Assembly (NCBI GenBank): GCA_903844895.1
Contig: CAIMVM010000247.1
Location: 32 to 64,031, forward strand
Reading direction: 5' to 3'
DNA: 64,000 bases
From: an uncultured Pseudomonadota bacterium
Lineage (GTDB): Bacteria; Bdellovibrionota_B; Oligoflexia; Oligoflexales; CAIMVM01
The position numbers and the translations under genes were made by a program. A model generated the notes under the pieces. That model ran no database searches, was not told where the DNA came from, and saw nothing but the letters and a program-made list of their open reading frames with translations. Below, in pieces: positions 59,482 to 64,000 of this stretch; position 1 is the first letter of the stretch, and each line of letters opens with the position of its first letter.

Positions 59482-60015
59482 CTAACTTCGACTATAGATT
59501 TCCTTTAGTCGCAGAACTACAGAGTCATACACTTCTGATTTAATAAGTTCAACATCAGAAGCACTAAACCTTGAGAGTACCCAAGAAGATTCGTCTCCCC
59601 GCTCTGGTGGCCGACCAATGCCGACCTTCACGCGGTGAAAACTATCACCTGACGTCTCCTCAATGATACTTCTGATCCCGTTATTTCCCCCATGGCCCCC
59701 TCCTGTTCGGAGTTTAACTTTCATGGGTGGCATATCGAGATCATCTTGTATTACCACAATGTCTTGTGGTTCTACCTTATAGAATTTAGCAGCATCTCTG
59801 ACTGATCTTCCGCTTAAATTCATATAAGTCTGAGGCTTCATTAGAAGTGATTTTTCACCAAAAAGCTCAAGTTTTGAAACTTCAGCCTGAAATGAAATCC
59901 CTTCCCACTTGCCTCCACAGCGTTGGATGATCTCATCTAAGAGCATAAATCCTACGTTGTGCCTTGTTCCCTCGTACTTTTGTCCTGGATTTCCCAGTCC
60001 AACTATGAGCTTCAC
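59482..60015 (-). CDS. pth: peptidyl-tRNA hydrolase
   Basis: GTG start. 'KLIVGLGNPGQKYEGTRHNVGFM', 'GGHGGNNGIRS'. The start overlaps the rplY stop (GTGA). Confidence 0.9.
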   Translation of the reverse strand: MKLIVGLGNPGQKYEGTRHNVGFMLLDEIIQRCGGKWEGISFQAEVSKLELFGEKSLLMKPQTYMNLSGRSVRDAAKFYKVEPQDIVVIQDDLDMPPMKVKLRTGGGHGGNNGIRSIIEETSGDSFHRVKVGIGRPPERGDESSWVLSRFSASDVELIKSEVYDSVVLRLKEIYSRS

Positions 60016-60290
60016 ACGTACATCAAGTCCACGTGCAACGCTAAGCGGCGCACAGGGTCAATTTGAAGTTCTTGAATCGACACAACGCGAGTTGCTCCAT
60101 TCAATACAAGGTTAAACTGTTTTGTGCTCTTCCAAGCTTTGGAAAGAAGCTTTGGATCCAATTCAACAGGTGTTGATTGGCCTTTTCCAATGATATTTGC
60201 AGGAATTTTTCCACTTGCGCGCAACTTCCTGGTATAACTCTTGCCTCGGCCTACACGTACCTGAGCTTCAATGCTTACTAAATCTGACAT
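60012..60290 (-). CDS. rplY: 50S ribosomal protein L25 (short form)
   Basis: 92 aa. 'GRGKSYTRKLRASGKIPANI' and 'HVDLMYV'. It sits in the conserved prs-rplY-pth context. Confidence 0.8.
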   Translation of the reverse strand: MSDLVSIEAQVRVGRGKSYTRKLRASGKIPANIIGKGQSTPVELDPKLLSKAWKSTKQFNLVLNGATRVVSIQELQIDPVRRLALHVDLMYV

Positions 60291-60490
60291 TTTTTAACCC
60301 CAAAAAACGATTATTCTAAAACATAAAGTGATGATTAACGCCGACCCTGGCGTGCTTTCCCAAGTGCTGTAAAAATCTCTACACCTCAATAGGAAGGGGC
60401 GTTATAACGTCTCCGTTGCCAGTCTGCAACAAATTATTGCTAATCTAAGTCATATTTATACAACAATAGGCCTAGCGGCTAAATTTGCGA

Positions 60491-61438
60491 CTATATAAAG
60501 AGTGAACTTACTGAGTCCTGATTGTGGATTCTGCGAATCGCTTTTGCCAAAAGTTCAGCAACAGAAATTTGTACTATTTTTGAACACTTGGCTGCTAATG
60601 GACTGAGCGGAATGGAGTCTGTTACAATCAACTCTTCAATGCAGGACTCCTCAATGCGCCCCACGGCGGGACCTGATAGGACGGCGTGGGTAATAGCAGC
60701 AGAGATAGAAACGGCACCATTTGCCTTTAATGAGGCAGCGGCTTTGGTGAGAGACCCAGCAGTATCCACAATATCATCAATGATTAGGCAGTGTTTGCCA
60801 GTGACATCTCCGATAATATGCATCACATCGCTTTCATTGGGGCGATCGCGCCGCTTATCAATGATGGCCAGCCCGCAATTTAGCAACTTAGCAAAGGCTC
60901 TCGCCCGCTCTACACCGCCCGCATCTGGAGAGACAACGATCATGTCTTCGTTCTCGAATTTTTGGAAATATTCACTATAAACAGGCTTTGCAAACAGATG
61001 ATCGACCGGTATCGAAAAGAAACCTTGGATTGCAGCTGTGTGCAGTTCAAGAGTTAATATCCGGCTTACGCCCACTGCCTCATAAAGATCTGAGACTACT
61101 TTTGCCGATATGGGCGTTCTAGGAGAACTTTTGCGCTCTTGCCGGGCATACCCGAAATAGGGGCAAACGAGGGTGATGGTGCGGGCCGACGCCCTGCGAC
61201 AAGCATCAATCATTATCAAGGCTTCCATGATGTTATGATTGGCGGGGGCGCTTGTCGACTGAATGATATAAACGTCAGAACCGCGAACATTCTGCTGCAA
61301 TTCTATTCGAGTCTCCCCGTCTGCAAATTGGGAAACAATAGCTTTTCCAAGAGGTACATCTAAATAGCGACATATGGCTTTAGCTAATTCCGGATTTGAA
61401 GTCCCGGTAAAAACAATCAATTCACCATCTTTGTTCAT
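60491..61438 (-). CDS. prs: ribose-phosphate pyrophosphokinase
   Basis: 'GTSNPELAKAICRYLDVPLG', 'PYFGYARQERK', 'VSPDAGGVERAR', 'IIDDIVDTAGSL'. Confidence 0.95.
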   Translation of the reverse strand: MNKDGELIVFTGTSNPELAKAICRYLDVPLGKAIVSQFADGETRIELQQNVRGSDVYIIQSTSAPANHNIMEALIMIDACRRASARTITLVCPYFGYARQERKSSPRTPISAKVVSDLYEAVGVSRILTLELHTAAIQGFFSIPVDHLFAKPVYSEYFQKFENEDMIVVSPDAGGVERARAFAKLLNCGLAIIDKRRDRPNESDVMHIIGDVTGKHCLIIDDIVDTAGSLTKAAASLKANGAVSISAAITHAVLSGPAVGRIEESCIEELIVTDSIPLSPLAAKCSKIVQISVAELLAKAIRRIHNQDSVSSLFI

Positions 61439-61563
61439 GTGTCTCCCTTTCCAATCGAACCGCCTGAATTCGTGCTTAAAAAAAGAACAAAAGACCTAAA
61501 GTAGTGAAACTTTTGGTCTTTGATATCACATTTACACATTACATTCCGATGCTAGATGGAAAG

Positions 61564-61640
61564 TGGTAGGGGCGGAAGGATTCGAACCTACGAATGCTGG
61601 AATCAAAATCCAGTGTCTTGAGCCACTTGACGACGCCCCT
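61564..61640 (-). tRNA. tRNA-Gln (anticodon UUG), CCA encoded
   Basis: The reverse complement folds as a cloverleaf. Acceptor AGGGGCG/CGCCCCT, anticodon arm CTGGA-TTTTGAT-TCCAG, T arm GTAGG-TTCGAAT-CCTTC, 3' ACCA. It is strongly similar to E. coli tRNA-Gln as I recall it. Confidence 0.9.
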
Positions 61641-61721
61641 ACTTGCCACTTGCGTAGCGAGTCAACTTTTTAAGATTATTAGGAGTGCAAGTCAAGTGAG
61701 AAAGAAGATTTCGACGCCTAT

Positions 61722-61774
61722 TAGTGATGAATAGTGATGAATAGTTATGAAATAGTTATGAAATAGTTATGAAA
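61722..61774. repeat. compound tandem repeat: TAGTGATGAA x2 then TAGTTATGAAA x3
   Basis: Read directly. It lies between the clpB-type gene stop (61869) and the tRNA-Gln 5' end (61640). Confidence 0.9.
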
Positions 61775-61868
61775 TGCTGAGTTTTCAGGCGACATGTTAA
61801 AGGTCGCATCAATTTTGCTCCTCAATTCACCAGATCTGCCTCAAAAGTACTGCGGGGCCCGAATCAAC

Positions 61869-64000
61869 CTATACTCCGGAAGCCTTTAAATAGGTTCCAG
61901 GCCTATCTTCTATGGACCATTTGGACTCTAGATCCTCATTTAGATCCAATATCCAAGCCCCTGTAAAGTTTGGCCCTTGATCTAAAACTCGATCCGTAAT
62001 GGCGTCTTCCACTAACGCTCTAAATCTTCGATGAATTTCTCTTGCCCCAAATTCACCGTCTGTTGAAACACCCTTTAGAATTTCCAAGCTTATCTTCTCA
62101 CCCAATCCTATCCTTAATGAACGAGACGCTAGCGCGCGATTCAATTTAGCTAGACGGTTGCTTAAAACAGCTTGATAAGCCTCAAAACTGAGAGGCTTAA
62201 AGGGCACGACTTCATCAATACGGTTTACAAGTTCCGGCCTCAGAATCCTAGCGAGTTCATGGCGCAAATCGTCAGGATGGACGCCACCAAATTTAGTCCA
62301 TTCATGCAACAGATTTGAAGTTAAAATAATAAAAGTGTTTTGAAAGTCCACAAGACGCCCACTAGAGTCGGTAAGTCGACCTTCGTCAAATACTTGGAGC
62401 AAAAGGTCTAGCACCCTGGGATGAGCTTTTTCGACTTCATCAAACAGAACGACGGAATAGGGATAGCGTCTCACTTTTTCGGTTAGCTCCCCAGCGTCAC
62501 CATAGCCCACATACCCAGGGGGGCTGCCAATGAGCCTAGATACTGTGTGTTGTTCCATAAATTCTGACATATCAAATCGTATGAAATTTTTGGAATCGTT
62601 AAACAGTTCATCGGCCAGAGTTCTGGCAAGTTCCGTCTTACCTACCCCCGTCGGCCCCATAAACATAAAAATTCCAAGAGGACGCTTGTTGACTTCTAGC
62701 CCCGAAAAGGAGCGGCGTACAGCTTTGGTTACTAGGCCAATTGCATCTGTTTGACCCACAACTTTGCGCCCAAGCCTCTCTTTCAAATCCTCCAAAACTA
62801 CCGAACGATCCGCCATTATTTTTTCCACGGGGATCGATGTCCACTGCGACACCACATGGGCAATCTCTGGCCTGCCTACAGTTTGTCTTAGCCATGGCGC
62901 TTTCTTTTCCATCTGAGTCAACTCGTTTCGATATTGCTCTGCCTTCATCTTTAAAATAGGAATCGTGTCTACTTCCATGTCTGCCGCATTGGAATAAGAT
63001 CTCTCACGTTGTAAAGACTCAGACAGCTCTTGAGCGCCAGATAGCCTCGCATCTACTACGCGAAGATGATTTAGGAGTGACTTATGGGTGGCCCAAACTT
63101 CTCGAACTCCCTCTAACTCTCTTTGCACCATTGCGAGAGCAGCCGAAAGCTCTATTCGTTGCTTATCGGCATTCTTGTCTTTTGCAAGAACTCTTATTTC
63201 AACTTCAAATCTTGCCGCTTTTGACTCCAGATCTTCCAATACCGCAGGAGCGCTCTCTACTTGAAGGCGCATTTTACTAGCCGCTTCGTCCAGTAAATCG
63301 ATGGCCTTATCTGGCAAGCGCCTATCTGGCAGAAATCTGACAGAGAGATCGATCGCTGCACGAATCGCCTCATCATCAATCTGCACAGCATGATGGACCT
63401 CGTATGTTTTCTTAATACCACGAAGGATACCCATAGCGACATTCGGTGTGGGCTCCCTCGCAGCTACTGGCTGAAAACGCCGTTCCAAAGCAGGATCGGC
63501 CTCAATATGCTTTCTGTACTCATCCACAGTCGTCGCGCCTATACAGCTCAGCTCCCCTCTTGCGAGAGCTGGCTTTAAAATATTTGCAGCGTCCATGGAG
63601 CCTTCTCCCTTGCCGGCGCCAACCAACATATGAAGCTCATCAATAAAAAGAATGATTCCACGCCTGTCAGCCTTAACAGCCTCAATGACAGATTTTAGTC
63701 TTTCTTCAAAGTCACCTCGATATCTTGCACCTGCCAACATGGAAGTAATATCAAGAGACAAAACACGTTTTCCTTTAAATAGGTCTGGAACATTTCCGTC
63801 GGCAATTCTCTTAGCTAAGCTTTCCACGATGGCTGTCTTTCCTACTCCTGCAGCTCCGACCAATACTGGATTATTTTTTCGCTTTCTAGATAGAACTTCG
63901 AGAAGTCGCCTCACCTCAAAGTCTCTTCCCACAACGGGATCAATGTCGCCTCGTTCAGCTTGCTCGGTAAGATCAATCGTGTACTTTGAAAGATCGGTAC
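61869..64000 (-). CDS. clpB: ClpB-type AAA+ disaggregase (N-terminus lies beyond the window edge)
   Basis: The reading frame stays open to position 64000. NBD1 '[17 protein letters not shown]', a coiled-coil middle domain of about 120 aa, NBD2 '[17 protein letters not shown]', '[13 protein letters not shown]', '[12 protein letters not shown]'. Confidence 0.85.
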   Translation of the reverse strand, partial: TDLSKYTIDLTEQAERGDIDPVVGRDFEVRRLLEVLSRKRKNNPVLVGAAGVGKTAIVESLAKRIADGNVPDLFKGKRVLSLDITSMLAGARYRGDFEERLKSVIEAVKADRRGIILFIDELHMLVGAGKGEGSMDAANILKPALARGELSCIGATTVDEYRKHIEADPALERRFQPVAAREPTPNVAMGILRGIKKTYEVHHAVQIDDEAIRAAIDLSVRFLPDRRLPDKAIDLLDEAASKMRLQVESAPAVLEDLESKAARFEVEIRVLAKDKNADKQRIELSAALAMVQRELEGVREVWATHKSLLNHLRVVDARLSGAQELSESLQRERSYSNAADMEVDTIPILKMKAEQYRNELTQMEKKAPWLRQTVGRPEIAHVVSQWTSIPVEKIMADRSVVLEDLKERLGRKVVGQTDAIGLVTKAVRRSFSGLEVNKRPLGIFMFMGPTGVGKTELARTLADELFNDSKNFIRFDMSEFMEQHTVSRLIGSPPGYVGYGDAGELTEKVRRYPYSVVLFDEVEKAHPRVLDLLLQVFDEGRLTDSSGRLVDFQNTFIILTSNLLHEWTKFGGVHPDDLRHELARILRPELVNRIDEVVPFKPLSFEAYQAVLSNRLAKLNRALASRSLRIGLGEKISLEILKGVSTDGEFGAREIHRRFRALVEDAITDRVLDQGPNFTGAWILDLNEDLESKWSIEDRPGTYLKASGV

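Noticed and set aside
60522-60980. 152-aa ORF antisense to prs
   Set aside because: It is a shadow ORF inside a strongly supported housekeeping gene, with no independent signals.

Overview
This 64-kb chromosomal window comes from a low-GC Gram-negative bacterium. The gene content (an envelope operon led by a myxobacterial-type OM beta-barrel, a soluble PAS-MCP chemosensory operon, frequent GTG/TTG starts) suggests a Bdellovibrio-like or 'deltaproteobacterial' lineage, but I cannot confirm taxonomy without a database search. I can support about 50 CDS, one tRNA-Gln(UUG) and one IS1634-family insertion sequence. I found no rRNA and no CRISPR array. Housekeeping genes: yqgE/algH-family, terC-family, htpX, serC, purL (single-chain), rmuC, dedA, fadA/fadN-like beta-oxidation pair, tcdA, tkt, typA/bipA, slyD, rpsF-rplI, prs-rplY-pth, a clpB-type ATPase (truncated by the window end), and several RNA methyltransferases. 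Items worth a second look, in order along the window: (1) a candidate yybP-ykoY (Mn2+) riboswitch upstream of terC, with a 13-nt tandem repeat that copies its most conserved motif; (2) a five-gene secreted/TPR operon whose order resembles GltA/B-C-D-E-F (Nfs-like) gliding or envelope machinery; (3) an ORF-free stretch of about 1 kb next to a divergent pair made of a Host_attach (eRF1-like) protein and a PRTase / alpha-beta hydrolase / erythromycin-esterase-like triple fusion; (4) an IS element beside a chemosensory operon (REC-CheA, CheA-REC, CheW, soluble 3xPAS MCP, CheB, an unknown protein carrying MshEN-like motifs, CheR), which is preceded by a G12 tract, a globin gene and a pseudo-receiver/DHp-only protein; (5) short in-frame and intergenic tandem repeats at tcdA and near the tRNA. 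Every family assignment comes from reading motifs in the supplied translations, and no search was run.
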